Positions 33,800 to 45,014 are shown, counted from the first letter of the stretch. The stretch is DNA of 64,000 nucleotides from an uncultured Planctomycetota bacterium (GCA_963823665.1 CAWGMQ010000004.1:2592001-2656000); one strand, 5' to 3'. Numbers and translations are program-made. The notes: a model not told the origin generated them from the sequence alone.

Positions 33800-34250
33800 T
33801 GCTTTTGTTCCTGGTGGGGTAAATCGGGAAGTTAGTTCGGGCCTGTTCCTTAGCGACCACCTCCGGCCCGACTTCGGCCGGGGACGGCTGCGCGCGCTAC
33901 CTCCGGCAACAGGCACGCGATCGCGAGGACGCCCGCCTCTGCGAGCAGGCCCGCTGGAAAAACCGGCCGGCCACACCGAAAGCGCCCGGCGCGCATTTCA
34001 GGAAGAGCGCCAACTGGCGATCGACCCATCCTTGAGCGTCGCCTTCAACTCGTCAGGCGAGGCTCCCGGAGCCGCAGTCAGCTTGGCGGCCCCAACCATC
34101 ATCAGAGATTTCTCGGCGGCAGCGCGCAGCTCGCGACACCGCCCTACATCAACAGAGCTCTCGACCCTTGCCCCGGCCGGCTGGCGTCTTCGACGTGACC
34201 AGCCAGGCATCCGGCACGATGCTTGTCATCTTGGAGAGGATGAGACAGCC

Positions 34251-34747
34251 ATGTTGACCACACACCGACTCGACCGGCGGGGCCGCCGGCAGACCGGGCT
34301 TTTCCTGGAATCCCTCGATGACCGGCTCCTCTTATCGGGGGGTGCCGGGGCGCGACGGCCGAGGCTGTCGTGCATTATCAAACGGCGGGCCACGCGCAGC
34401 TTTACCACGATAGCAGCCCGCGCGAGGATCTCCGGCACGGATTGCCCGCTGCGCTGCCGGCCAACGTGTCTCCAGCACTCCGGTTGCTCTACCGCGAGTA
34501 CGAGGACCAAGGCCGCGACAGGTTTCTCGTGATCCCCAGCTCCAGAGTCGCTGTGCGAATCAAGGTGGCGTTTCCCCCCGCCCTGGGTGCGTACGTCGGT
34601 GCGCTCCGGGGGGACGGCATGCAAATCATGCGCACTGTGCCGGCCGACGGGATGGCCGAAGGCACGGTGCCGGTCGCCAGGCTGCCGGCTGTAGCGAAGC
34701 TCGCGGCGCACGTGTGGGCCGATCCCGGCCTATCTATCACGAGGTAA
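34251..34747 (+). CDS. Small secreted protein with planctomycete extracellular motif; frameshifted
   Basis: FLESLDDRLLLS followed after a frameshift by ORF 34370-34747. Confidence 0.55.
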
Positions 34748-34766
34748 ATTCGGGGCGAACACGCCA

Positions 34767-35186
34767 TCAAGTCCGGTCCTGCGAGCATCTGGCGGTCGGC
34801 CAGTGCGGTGGAGCTTTCGCACTTCTGTTGCGCAGGTCAGTCTGGCAAATGGCGTCCCACGTTCCGTTGCGACGCTCCTCGGCGATCGAGGCACCCGATT
34901 CCACACACGTCACGATGAGAACGAGCAGGAACTCGGCCCAGACCAGCAGGCTGAATCGCTTGCTAGAGAGGACATTCCGCCCGGATCGGTGTGAAAGAAA
35001 CAGAATCCAGGAGCCGTTCGTTCGTTCGGCGACGGCGTGGGCGGCGGGCTCGCCTTGCGCTGGCTTCTTGGGGGCCACCGGGCGGGTTCGGGCTGCGTCG
35101 TCATCGTTGCCTGACCAGAAGAAGCACAGCGCGGAGATGGCCGCCGCGACGCCCGCGGCTCCCAGCGGCCCATGGTAAGCCTTCAT
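34767..35186 (-). pseudogene. ABC transporter permease-like fragment
   Basis: GASIAEERRNGTWDAICQTDL motif, truncated at the direct repeat. Confidence 0.45.
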
Positions 35187-35387
35187 GATCCTCGCTCCTC
35201 AGCACCCAGCAGTTGATAAGACAACGGCCAGGGACGACCATCCCAAAAAATGTACGACGACGGACCGGGTCCGAGAACCTCGGTGGAGGGAGGGGCGGTG
35301 ACCCAGACGTGGTAGGTTGGGTCAACACCTTGGTAAACTGCGAGTCGAGTCGAGGACACCTGCGAGCATCTGGCGGTCGACCAGTGC
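34778..35387. repeat. 29-bp direct repeat pair (34778-34806 and 35359-35387)
   Basis: CCTGCGAGCATCTGGCGGTCG(G/A)CCAGTGC, 28/29 identical. Confidence 0.8.
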
Positions 35388-35503
35388 CCGCCAGCGTCAT
35401 CATGCGATGGGGTGCGAAAGAGAATGTACCGGGTGCATTTCCCTCGATCCGGCGCAGTTCCGCGCCGAAACAAATTTGGCCCCGGGTCGACGGAGTGCGC
35501 GTC

Positions 35504-37465
35504 ATGAGCATCGCGCTGAAATGCCCAAAGTGCGGCAAGCGATATGAACTCGAGGGTTCCGTCGCTGGCAAGAAAGTACGATGCACGGGCTGCGATCAGG
35601 TCTTTCGGGTGCAGGCCGGAACATCAGAACCGAGATCGGCTCCGGGTCCGGCCGCCCAGGGACCAACCCGGGCCAAGATGGCGAGCCCTCCACCGGGCGC
35701 CGGGAGGGCACGGCCTCAGGCGGTAGAGAACGAAGACCCGGGTGAGGACGATGATCGTTCCTGGCTGGAAGACGGGGGGTCCGGGTCGATCCCGGCTCCG
35801 ATCCGCCGGACGCAGACGACCGCGGCAGGGAGCGGACCTCCCTTGCGCCTTCTGCTCGGCGTGGGAGCGGGGGGATTGGTCATCCTGGGAGTGGTCGTCG
35901 GCCTGCTGGTCGTGAACTCAGGGCCAGGTCACCGGCCTGGACCGGATCAAGGCGAGGCCGGGGCTAGCGACGCTCCTGCTCCCAGCTTGGCCGAGAGGGT
36001 TCTGAGCGCCGTGACCGGTTCCGACAGCCCGTTCACCGATGTCGCCAACTATCCACAGATTGGTCCGCTACTGCCACCGTTGCTGCCTCCTCCACCGCTG
36101 CGCGATCTTTCGGCACACGAGCGGCAGACTCGGGCGATGATTGCAGCGATCGGCCGGCTGAATGACATCCTGGCGACGGTTCACGACGTGCCTTCGATGA
36201 AAGCCGCCGGCGAGCAGCTCAAGAACCTCTCACAGCAGATGGGAAACGAGATGAAGCAGACCGCCCCGACGTTTCGTCCCACGGCGGCCGAAGACGCCGA
36301 GCTTGCGCGCCGGGTGGCCAACGATATTCGCAGGGAAACGGCAAGGTTCCGCCAGGAGTCCGTGCGGATCTCGAGCGTGCCTGGATTGGGGATAGCCGGA
36401 ACGCAGCTTCTTTCACTGGGCACACGGCTGTCGATTCCGCTGGAGCAGTCGCTCAAGCTGGCAGAGAGCTTCAAACCCCAGAGCGGGCCTGCGCCTTATG
36501 CCGAGGTGTACGTCCAGCTCCAGAATGCAGACGACGCGGTTGTATGCCATCAAAAGCTGCACGCCGTGCTCGAGGGAGCCGCGGGCATCCAGGCGATGTA
36601 TGAATCGGCGAAGAAGCGAGCTTCCTACCGCGTCTGGCCTGTGGACGACGTTTCCGAGTATTCCCGGAAAATCACATTCGGCAAGGCGACGGTGAAGGGT
36701 CGCCACATCTTCGTGATGGCGGATCGCTTCTCTGCGGCCGATGTCGCCGCCGCAAAGGAAGCGGAAAAGAAAGCGGAAGACGCACTACGCGCGAAGATCC
36801 TCGCGGGAAGCTCCAACGAAAACCCAAGCGATCCCAAACCACCCGCCGGTGCGGATAACGTGACCAAGGCTTTGTTCGGCCTTCGCTCCACGAATCCGGG
36901 GAGGCGAAAGCAGGCAATCGAGCAACTTTATGATCTCCGAGCGAAGGACGAACGTCGGGACGAGGTGCAGAAACAGCTCATGCCGCTTCTGGATGACCCG
37001 GATGACTTCTTTGTCATCGATGTGATGAGAACGATGGCCAGGTGGCAGAACGAGGATACGGTGCCGGCCTTGATCAAGAAGCTGGATCACCCCAGTCATG
37101 GAGTGCGCTGGAAAGTGGAGGAGATCCTGGGCAAGCTCGGCGATGCGCGTGCCGCTGAGCCCCTGATCGAACATCTCAAAGAGGACGGCATCGCCGTGGA
37201 ACCTGCTCTACGGCAGCTTGGTGCGGCCGCCGAACCAGCGTTGGTCGGCCTGCTCCGCAATTCCGACCCTGAACTGAGGAGACATGCCTGCAACCTGCTC
37301 CGCGAAATCGGCGGCAAAGCCGCGCTCGAGGCGATGATGTCGCTGCCGGCCGACCGCGATCCGCTCGTGAAGATGGCTGCGCGGAGCGCCATGAAGTCAA
37401 TAAGAGATCGGGTTGGACCGGTCGACTTGCCCAAGAAGAGTGGCTCGAAAGGGAAGAAGGGGTGA
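35504..37465 (+). CDS. Zinc-ribbon, TM and HEAT-repeat protein
   Basis: CPKCG...CTGC N-terminus; TM LLLGVGAGGLVILGVVVGLLVV; LGKLGDARAAEPLI-type HEAT repeats. Confidence 0.82.
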   Translation: MSIALKCPKCGKRYELEGSVAGKKVRCTGCDQVFRVQAGTSEPRSAPGPAAQGPTRAKMASPPPGAGRARPQAVENEDPGEDDDRSWLEDGGSGSIPAPIRRTQTTAAGSGPPLRLLLGVGAGGLVILGVVVGLLVVNSGPGHRPGPDQGEAGASDAPAPSLAERVLSAVTGSDSPFTDVANYPQIGPLLPPLLPPPPLRDLSAHERQTRAMIAAIGRLNDILATVHDVPSMKAAGEQLKNLSQQMGNEMKQTAPTFRPTAAEDAELARRVANDIRRETARFRQESVRISSVPGLGIAGTQLLSLGTRLSIPLEQSLKLAESFKPQSGPAPYAEVYVQLQNADDAVVCHQKLHAVLEGAAGIQAMYESAKKRASYRVWPVDDVSEYSRKITFGKATVKGRHIFVMADRFSAADVAAAKEAEKKAEDALRAKILAGSSNENPSDPKPPAGADNVTKALFGLRSTNPGRRKQAIEQLYDLRAKDERRDEVQKQLMPLLDDPDDFFVIDVMRTMARWQNEDTVPALIKKLDHPSHGVRWKVEEILGKLGDARAAEPLIEHLKEDGIAVEPALRQLGAAAEPALVGLLRNSDPELRRHACNLLREIGGKAALEAMMSLPADRDPLVKMAARSAMKSIRDRVGPVDLPKKSGSKGKKG

Positions 37466-37579
37466 GGTTCGTCTGGCCACAATTTGACCGGGCCAGAGAA
37501 TCCGCGCCTGGTTTGCGGCTTGTAGCCGACGACGAACGTCCGCCCCGGGGGACGGGGTTGGATTGGCGTCATCGGCGAC

Positions 37580-38098
37580 TTAGCGACGCGCAATGCCATC
37601 CCCTGTTACCTCAGGAGTCCGGTTCGCCATCCCGCGCTCGAGAAAGGCCTGCGCCTTGCTGTCGAGCGTGGCGGGTTCGGAGAAGTAGCGCAGCAGATTG
37701 ACGTTGACATGCGTGGCGCCGCGCTCAGCCAAGATGGCATCGACTGGGCTGCGCGTTTCGACCAAGCGTGTCGTCTTCCCGGGGCCGGCGCCGAGCACGA
37801 TCCAGCTGCCGCCCCGCCGGACAGTCTTCGCGGTCTCGACGAAGCCCACCTCGCTGTAGGTGGCGTCGAAGACGAGGTCGGCGCCCCGGTCACTGGTCAG
37901 CGTTGCGATTTCGGCACCGATGTCGTCGCGCTTATAATCGAAAACGTGATCGGCGCCGGACTGCCGGGCCAGTGCGATCGATTGTGGTGTGCTGCCGCTG
38001 CTGATGACCAGTCCGGCCCCCAAGGCACGCGCCGTCATTTGCACGGCGAGATGCCCGACGCCGCCCCCACCGCCCGGGATATAGACCGTGTCGCCCGA
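37580..38098 (-). pseudogene. Zn-binding/quinone oxidoreductase fragment (N-terminally truncated)
   Basis: GDTVYIPGGGGGVGHLAVQ...GADHVFDY...GADLVFD; N-terminal domain and start absent. Confidence 0.7.
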
Positions 38099-38108
38099 TG
38101 AGTATGCT

Positions 38109-38804
38109 TCATGTTTCGCTTCCCTTTGATGACATGCCCGGGAGAAGCGCCTCCAACGCCTTGACGGTCTCAGAAGGGTCAGGACGGATCGTGTAGTCCG
38201 CGTTCACATCGGCTGCACGAATGATCCCTTGCTTGTCGATCACGTACCGCGCGGGCATCGGCAGCCGATATTCTGACTCGTCGTGGAACCTGTCCAGGGT
38301 GCTGCCGAACGACTTGTAAAGGTCTCGCAAGTCATCCGGTAGCACAAACGCAAGCTGAAACTGCTCGGCGGTCTTGAGGTGAAGATCCGTCAGGATATCA
38401 AAAGTCAGGTTCAGCTTCTTATGCACATTGCGGGTGTATCGTTCGAGCTCAGGAGTGAGCGCCAGGATGCTCGCTCCGAGTGTCTTGACCTCTCTATCAA
38501 TCGCCTGTAGAGCTTCCAGCTCCATCATGCAGTACGGTCACCAGTGTCCGCGGAAGAAGCTAACGACCAGGGGGCCCTGGCGAAGCAACTCCGCGGAAGT
38601 CACCTGGACGTGATCTTGATTGAACAAGGTGAACCCCGGAGCGGTGTCTCCGACTTTCAGGGCTCTCTTTTCAAGGCCCGAAGCTTTGAGGTCGGCGGTC
38701 GCGCGATGCATCGTTTCGATGGCTTCGCGCGGCGCGTTATACGGCGGCGCTCCAGATTCGAACGCGTTCTTGAATTCATCCAATCGAGCTTGAAGAAGCG
38801 TCAT
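38109..38804 (-). CDS. Peroxiredoxin-like AhpC/TSA protein, probable selenoprotein (UxxC)
   Basis: ORFs 38538-38804 and 38109-38528 are in frame, joined by TGA: FFRGHW-TGA-PYCMMEL; ALKVGDTAPGFTL, LPMPARYVID. Confidence 0.85.
38508..38524 (-). promoter_or_regulatory. Candidate bacterial SECIS hairpin
   Basis: TGGAGCT-GGA-AGCTCTA stem-loop starting 13 nt after the UGA, G-first apical loop. Confidence 0.6.
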
Positions 38805-38940
38805 GTTCGCGGTCCTTCCCTATGTGGGTTGTACTTGAACAGGGGATGTCACCATCTGGTCCAGCGCTGGAGCGGTAATGCTCCGACCGTTTCGCTGAGC
38901 ACTTTTCGTGCCTCTAGCGATCTCATTTACCTTTGTCGTC

Positions 38941-38993
38941 GCGGGATTATGGGAACGGATTCGATGCTTCCGGAAGCTTTGCGCGGATCATGG
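38941..38993 (+). repeat. 53-bp near-identical copy of 50588-50640
   Basis: 50/53 identity; contains perfect palindrome GCTTCCGGAAGC. Confidence 0.85.
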
Positions 38994-39126
38994 CGGGGAG
39001 AGAGGAACCCCGGTTATCTCGGCGAGATCCTGATCTATCTGTCCTGCGCGATCCCGTCGATGCACTGGCCAAGGCGGTCACGTCGCGACCATCACATTCG
39101 AGATTAGAATCCCGAGCGCGGCGCAA

Positions 39127-39516
39127 TCAATCGACCTTTTGCTGCTCCAAGATTCCAAGCCATGGGTCGCTCAGGACCAAGGTGTCGCCGTGTTTCTTCC
39201 ACCAGGCCAGGAGGGAATCAAACGAGCTCGGTGGTTGGCCCGGCGGCGCCGGCTGTGGGACACCGCTGGCCCGAGCCGAGTTCGAGAGCAAGACGAGTAC
39301 GCGTTTCTGCAAGTTGCGATGCGGCACCGGCTCGATTACCCTGTACGTCGCAACGATGCCGCCGGCTTGCTCACACTCGACGATGCCGACAAAATCTGCC
39401 CGGAGCACGAGCTCCTCGAACAGCAGCGGGTCGATCGTTGTTGCGGATGCGGATTGCGGCCAGAGCAGAGCGTAAAGGACCAGACAGCACGATAGTTTTT
39501 GCAAAGCCGGGCGCAT
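39127..39516 (-). CDS. Hypothetical secreted protein, possibly internally deleted
   Basis: Signal peptide then FEELVLRADFVGIVEC. Confidence 0.45.
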   Translation of the reverse strand: MRPALQKLSCCLVLYALLWPQSASATTIDPLLFEELVLRADFVGIVECEQAGGIVATYRVIEPVPHRNLQKRVLVLLSNSARASGVPQPAPPGQPPSSFDSLLAWWKKHGDTLVLSDPWLGILEQQKVD

Positions 39517-40076
39517 CGGTCATGCTCCTGGGAAGGGGAAAGTGCCGAAGATGCTGGCTCGGAGTTAAAGTGATGCATCTCTCCGATTGAGTTGTAAGGA
39601 ACGGCTGTCGTGATCTTCAGAATAAAGCGCGGGATTGAGTTGAGCAACTTGAGCGCTGGCTGATTCGGAAGGAAGACAGGGATCAGAAGCCGATCAGAAA
39701 CATGAGCCCGAGGATTTCAATGGTGACACCCGAAAGGCGCTTCACGCTCGCTGATGCTATGTGGCTTGTCGCGGCAACGGCAATCGGACTCGCTGTCGGC
39801 GTTGGATGCCTGTGGGGCATCGCCGAGGATCGAATTTGAGATCGAGTCGAATTGGGGATGTCGGTGGAAGAAGCGATGGGGTTTATCCGATCTGATAAAT
39901 GGAAATTGCCGCTTCCTGGTCACCCGCGCGTGCAGGACCTGAAGTATGCAATCCCATGCGCGTCAGTTGTGTTGTCAACTGCCTTGGTTCTCTCACGGCT
40001 TTGATCGCCACGTTCGCCGTTGCACTGTCTGACGCATTCTCACATGTCTCTAGGCTTCGAAGCAAGCGAACTCAAT

Positions 40077-41894
40077 TTACTCCCGGAAAGGCATACGCCG
40101 CTCGTAGAGCCTCAGGCGGCCCTCGAAGTCCATGCCAAATGTGAGTGGAGCGCCTGCAGGTTTGGAGCGGATGCGCATCGCCTGGGTCTGCCATTTGATC
40201 GCGGCCTCGAAGTCGCCCGATTCGGCATACGCGGCGGCGAGGGTGTCAAGGCAGTCGGCGTCTTTCCAACTGGTCAGCTCACAGGCATTTGTTGCCTCAG
40301 CAACGGCGCGCTTGCCGTTGCGGATATCCGTCAATCGACAGGTTGCCAGCAACCACGCGAGCCTTTTGTGGCCATCGGGCTGGTCGGACTGAACGCGGGC
40401 CGCCGCCTCGAAATCGCTCAGGGCTTTCGCGTATTCCGTCTTGGACTTCCACGTGAGACCTCGGAGCAGGAAGGCAGTCGCGTATTTCGGATCGAGCTGG
40501 ACCGCCTTGGTGAAATCGGCGATCGCCTTGTCGGGCTCCTTGTCTTTCGACCACTCAAGACCCCGGGCTAGATAATTGTAGGGATCATCGGGCGCGAGCC
40601 GGATGGCATCCGCGTAACCGGCGATCGCTTTGTCGTGCAGGCCACGAGCGGAGTAGTAGTTGGCGAGCCACACCCGATACCCCGCGTCGTTGGGAGCAAG
40701 CTGCACGGCCATCGTGCGGTCGGCGAGCTCCTTGCCGCGATCGCGCTTTTTGCGCCAGGCATCCGCGCGCTGGGAATAAGCATGGGCGTCCTTGGAGTCG
40801 AGACGGATCGCTTCAGTGAAGTCGGCGATTGCCTTGTCATCTTCCCGCTTTGCCGACCACGTGATACCGCGGAAGCGGAACAGACGTCCGCTTTTGGGAT
40901 CGAGCTTGATCGCTTCATCGTAATCGGCCAGGGCTTTGTCGAACTGACCCAGCGAATCCCAGTTCATCGCTCGCTGGAATAGAGTATCACTCGATCTGGG
41001 ATTGAGTTTCAGGGCTTCGGTGAAGTCGACGATGGCTTTCTGGTAGTGGTCCTGGAGAGCGTGAATTCTGCCCCGCAAGTGAAAGGCGTCGGGATTTGCG
41101 GGAATCTGCCGTACGGCGTCGTCAGCACCCGAGAGCGCTCTGTCGAGGTTCTTGCTGTCAATCCAGAACTGCGCTCGAGCGTTCCAGTTTCGCCAATCAT
41201 TCGGGTCGAGCCAGATGGCTTCGTCGAGATCGGCGGCCGCATGCACGGGGTCTTTCTTCCACTGCCACACAACAGCTCTCGCGCTAAAGGCTCTGGCCCT
41301 GCTGGGAGCGAGCTCGATCGACTTGTTGCAGTCGGCGATCGATCGATCAAACTCGTGCTTCAGAAGGAACATGTTGCCGCGATCCAGGTAGTAATCAGGT
41401 TTTTCGGGTGCGAGGCGGATTGCCGCGTCGAAATCAGCCACTGCGCGGTCGTAATCGGAGCGGGAGGCCCAGAGTTGTCCTCGCCGCCAACTGGTGTCGG
41501 CGCTTGCGGGACCCTTTGCAATCGCCTCGTTGAAGTAGTCCAGAGCATGCTGGTAGGGAACGACCTGGTCGACGGAAAGCCAGCCGGCCCTCTTGCCATC
41601 ACGCGACGTGACGAAGAGGCGATCGCGGTCAATGCGTTCGATCTTCAGATAAATGTCTTCATCGCGGCAAGCAACTTCACGGCCGTCGTCCGTGAGCTTG
41701 ACTCCTGACGTCTTGGGTACGGCGTAGGATCCGACAGTGAGGCCGGCGGTGGGCTGCGCAGGAGCTGGCGACTTCGGATCGGGGGTCTGATAATAAGCAC
41801 GCGCGATCGGGGTCGTGAATAGGTGCACGTAGGTGATGATCGCCAAAGCGAGGATTGACTGCTCGACGGTGCATCTGAGCCAGCGCTGCCTCAT
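40077..41894 (-). CDS. Secreted tetratricopeptide repeat protein
   Basis: Many RG...KAIADFTEAIRLD repeats; LAWLLATC, DTLAAAYAESGDF C-terminus. Confidence 0.92.
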   Translation of the reverse strand: MRQRWLRCTVEQSILALAIITYVHLFTTPIARAYYQTPDPKSPAPAQPTAGLTVGSYAVPKTSGVKLTDDGREVACRDEDIYLKIERIDRDRLFVTSRDGKRAGWLSVDQVVPYQHALDYFNEAIAKGPASADTSWRRGQLWASRSDYDRAVADFDAAIRLAPEKPDYYLDRGNMFLLKHEFDRSIADCNKSIELAPSRARAFSARAVVWQWKKDPVHAAADLDEAIWLDPNDWRNWNARAQFWIDSKNLDRALSGADDAVRQIPANPDAFHLRGRIHALQDHYQKAIVDFTEALKLNPRSSDTLFQRAMNWDSLGQFDKALADYDEAIKLDPKSGRLFRFRGITWSAKREDDKAIADFTEAIRLDSKDAHAYSQRADAWRKKRDRGKELADRTMAVQLAPNDAGYRVWLANYYSARGLHDKAIAGYADAIRLAPDDPYNYLARGLEWSKDKEPDKAIADFTKAVQLDPKYATAFLLRGLTWKSKTEYAKALSDFEAAARVQSDQPDGHKRLAWLLATCRLTDIRNGKRAVAEATNACELTSWKDADCLDTLAAAYAESGDFEAAIKWQTQAMRIRSKPAGAPLTFGMDFEGRLRLYERRMPFRE

Positions 41895-42329
41895 GGGATT
41901 CTCCGTTCACGGCGGGGCAAGCTGGCCGCTGAGAGTGCGCAGAACGACTGTTGCCTTGGTCGACGAAGCAATTGCTTTCCGGGATGGCGGCTCTCGCGCC
42001 GGCCACCTCTGTCGTGCGATCCGGGCTAAACCAATTTTACCGGGTGGTTGTCCTTGAAGGCGAGCGTTTCGTGGATTGCGCCTCCTCCGATGGCGGCTTG
42101 AATCGATTGCCACGTGGGTGCTCAACTGGGAATGCGAGTTGGGAAACGGTGAGAAAATGGCGCGGATCGTGGCCGAAGCCTCGCTTCGTCTCCGGGGTGG
42201 TCGGGTTGCTCAGGTACGCTAAGATATGACCCTCATCGGCTCGCACTTTCGGGAATGGTGGTTTCCACGGGCGCGCCCGCTCGGTCATTTCGTTCTGGTG
42301 TGCACGGAACTCTGCCCGGAATGAGGGAG

Positions 42330-43619
42330 TCACTGAAGCGGGAGCTCGCGCTTGCCCTTACGCTGGGTGAAGTAGTTGAACACTTCCTGGACGTTGCTCG
42401 TCACGCTCGCGACGAGCATTCCGGCGGGGGTCTCCGGAACCGGGAACAGGGTGCCCAGCTCGCGTTCGACGCGACGGCTCATGTCCTCTTTATTGAGTGA
42501 CGTGAGCGTGCCCAAAGTGATGGACTTCTTGAGCGCGTCGAGGGGCTGTCCGCGTTCAATGCCCCGGGAAACCTTTTCGGTGATCTCTTCAACATATCCG
42601 CGAAATTGGGACAACACGGACTTCCCCTCCTGGATGGAGCCGTGTCCCGGGATGACGCGGTCAAACTCCAGGGCCTCGAGTGCTCTTAACGTGGCTGGCC
42701 ACTCGTCCGGGAAGCCGTCACCCATGTAGGGAAGGAGGCCGTGCATCAGGTCGCCCGTTGCGATCACGCGCTCCGAGGGGACGAAGGCGACGACGTCACC
42801 CGCCGTGTGTGCGCGACCCAGGAACAGAAGATGGACCTCGCGGCCGCCGCGATGGATGACCAGTCGCCGCTCAAAAGTCATCGACGGGAGACTCAAGCGC
42901 GGAGGCGCCATCTCCTTTCGGTATTCCTCGAGTCCCTCGATGTGTGCCTTCAGAACGGCGCGTTCCGATTCGTCCTTGCTCGCTTCGAGCTTGCTGCGAA
43001 GTGCGGCGATCTGCTGCGGCACGGAGTCAATCGACTCCTTGAGCCGTGACATCCCAAGTTTCTCCATCCACTCTCGTGTCTTCAACGACGAGATCACCTC
43101 GACGTTAGCGCCGAATACCTCGGGGTAGGCTTCGTTGCCCATGGCGTGGTCACCGTGAAGGTGGCTGTCGACCACATAGCGCACTGGAAGCTGGGTGATC
43201 TCGTCCCGGATCTGCCGGATGAGGGCTTTTGCGGCCGAGGGTTTCGAATGGGTGTCGACGACCAGAACGTGGTCGCGATTGACGATGATCGCCGCGTTGC
43301 AGTTCAGCATCGCCGTGGGCTTGGCGATCGCGCCATAAATGCCGTCTGCGACCTTTTTGAAGTCAAAGAGCGTGGCTCGAGCCTGGCCGCGCGGCGGAAC
43401 CGGGTTGTCGTCAGGGAACGTCTTGACCAGCGATTCGAGTGGCGAGCCGCTCGCGGCGGACAGGAGCCCAGCGGTCATCAATTGCCCCAAGACTTGACGG
43501 CGGGTCGGTTGAAACTCAGGAGTGAGTACGGATCGGGCAGGGGAGTGCGTTCGAATAACCTGGCTGTCGTGATGATGGGAATGGTGGTGGTGATGGCCGC
43601 GAAAATTCGACTGACACAT
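42330..43619 (-). CDS. MBL-fold metallo-hydrolase (cyclase-like) with His-rich N-terminus and Tat-like motif
   Basis: SHLHGDHAMGN, AHTAGD, TGDL, IPGHG; GHHHHHSHHHD; TRRQVLG. Confidence 0.88.
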   Translation of the reverse strand: MCQSNFRGHHHHHSHHHDSQVIRTHSPARSVLTPEFQPTRRQVLGQLMTAGLLSAASGSPLESLVKTFPDDNPVPPRGQARATLFDFKKVADGIYGAIAKPTAMLNCNAAIIVNRDHVLVVDTHSKPSAAKALIRQIRDEITQLPVRYVVDSHLHGDHAMGNEAYPEVFGANVEVISSLKTREWMEKLGMSRLKESIDSVPQQIAALRSKLEASKDESERAVLKAHIEGLEEYRKEMAPPRLSLPSMTFERRLVIHRGGREVHLLFLGRAHTAGDVVAFVPSERVIATGDLMHGLLPYMGDGFPDEWPATLRALEALEFDRVIPGHGSIQEGKSVLSQFRGYVEEITEKVSRGIERGQPLDALKKSITLGTLTSLNKEDMSRRVERELGTLFPVPETPAGMLVASVTSNVQEVFNYFTQRKGKRELPLQ

Positions 43620-44115
43620 GTCGCCCCTCGGAAGTGCTGCAGGATAAGTCGGGTCTAACATTCGTATTTCGCTATCGAATCATCAATACCGTGCGCGATC
43701 GTCCGGAACAACCGCTCTGTGGCCGGCGAGAGATCCTGGCCGGGATTTCTGTCGGGTCCGATCAATACCGAACATCGTCGATGATCTGTTCTTCAGGCGG
43801 CAGACGGCTCAAGTCGCTATAATCGCACTTGTTGTGCGTATGGTCCGGATTCAGTGCCCGTCACACCGACCGTTGCGGAGAGCCCGGGCCTGCCGTCTTG
43901 GCATCGAGAAGTAGCTGTTGAAGCGCGAGCGACGTCAAGATTCGTTGCCTCCCGATATGGCTCTCTGTGTCCTCGTTTCGCCGGCATCCGGGGGCCGGAA
44001 GGACTCGATCCTCTAGACCCGCCGTTCACGTCAGCGATGGCTTTGGCCGCTCGGTGTTACGCTGCGGTTAACCCGAGATGATTGCCCGTAGGTGCCACCA
44101 GCGAGGTCTCAGGCC

Positions 44116-44772
44116 ATGATGCGGCTCCCACGATTCACTCTGTGGCAGATGATGCTCGTCGTCGCCCTGATCGCGGTCAACCTGGCCGCATTCCTTTTCG
44201 TCGCCAGGCCATTCCACGAAAACCGGGACCGCCTCTACCTGACGCTGGGCACCGTTCCGATGCTCGACGCCCTGGTGATCACCGGCTGGCTCGTGGTCAC
44301 CAGGCGCCGGCCGTTCCTTGTGGGCTTCCTCTACTGGGGAGCGGCGGCGCTCGCGATTCACGTCTACTGCTACCTGGCGACCAAGGGAATAGTGCAGGGA
44401 TGGTGCGAGAAGACCTCCTCGGACTTCTACGGCTTCTGCGTCCACCACAACATTCCGGGCCATTTCGCGCCCCGAGGTACTCCGGCCTTCTACCGATTCT
44501 TCTTCCCGGCCTTGGCCCCGATCATCTCCGCCCCTCAATTCACCGTCGCCCTGTTCGGCGGGGTGCTGGAGGCTGCGGTGAGTCGGGCCTTTCGAGGATG
44601 GCGCATCCCCCACCTGGCACTGATACGGACCATAGTGCTGCTCGGTGTGCTGGCGGTCGTCGGCGACCTCGGCCCGCGCAGGTCGGCCGAGGTGACGCGG
44701 GTGGCGGCGGCCGGCGCGGTGACGCTGCTGGCGCTTCACTTATGGTGGCACCATCGCCGCTCGGGCGTTTGA
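44116..44772 (+). CDS. Hypothetical multi-pass membrane protein
   Basis: RLPRFTLWQMMLVVALIAVNLA planctomycete-type N-terminus, several TM helices. Confidence 0.7.
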   Translation: MMRLPRFTLWQMMLVVALIAVNLAAFLFVARPFHENRDRLYLTLGTVPMLDALVITGWLVVTRRRPFLVGFLYWGAAALAIHVYCYLATKGIVQGWCEKTSSDFYGFCVHHNIPGHFAPRGTPAFYRFFFPALAPIISAPQFTVALFGGVLEAAVSRAFRGWRIPHLALIRTIVLLGVLAVVGDLGPRRSAEVTRVAAAGAVTLLALHLWWHHRRSGV

Positions 44773-45014
44773 GCTGGTGCTGCCCGGCACGGACTCGCCA
44801 GGGGCGCCCGCGCCAGGCTGCCGGTAATGCCTCAGATCTTCGGAGTGAGTCTTGCGTCGTTGCCGTTCGACGCTGAAAATATTGGCGGGATCGGGAGTCG
44901 GAACGGGATCCGATCGATTGCTGTCCCATTCCCAATCAGCATTGCCATGACTTTTCCGCTTCGCGGCTCAATGCATCTTCGGGAACCTCAAGCCCTTCGC
45001 AAGGACCACTGACC

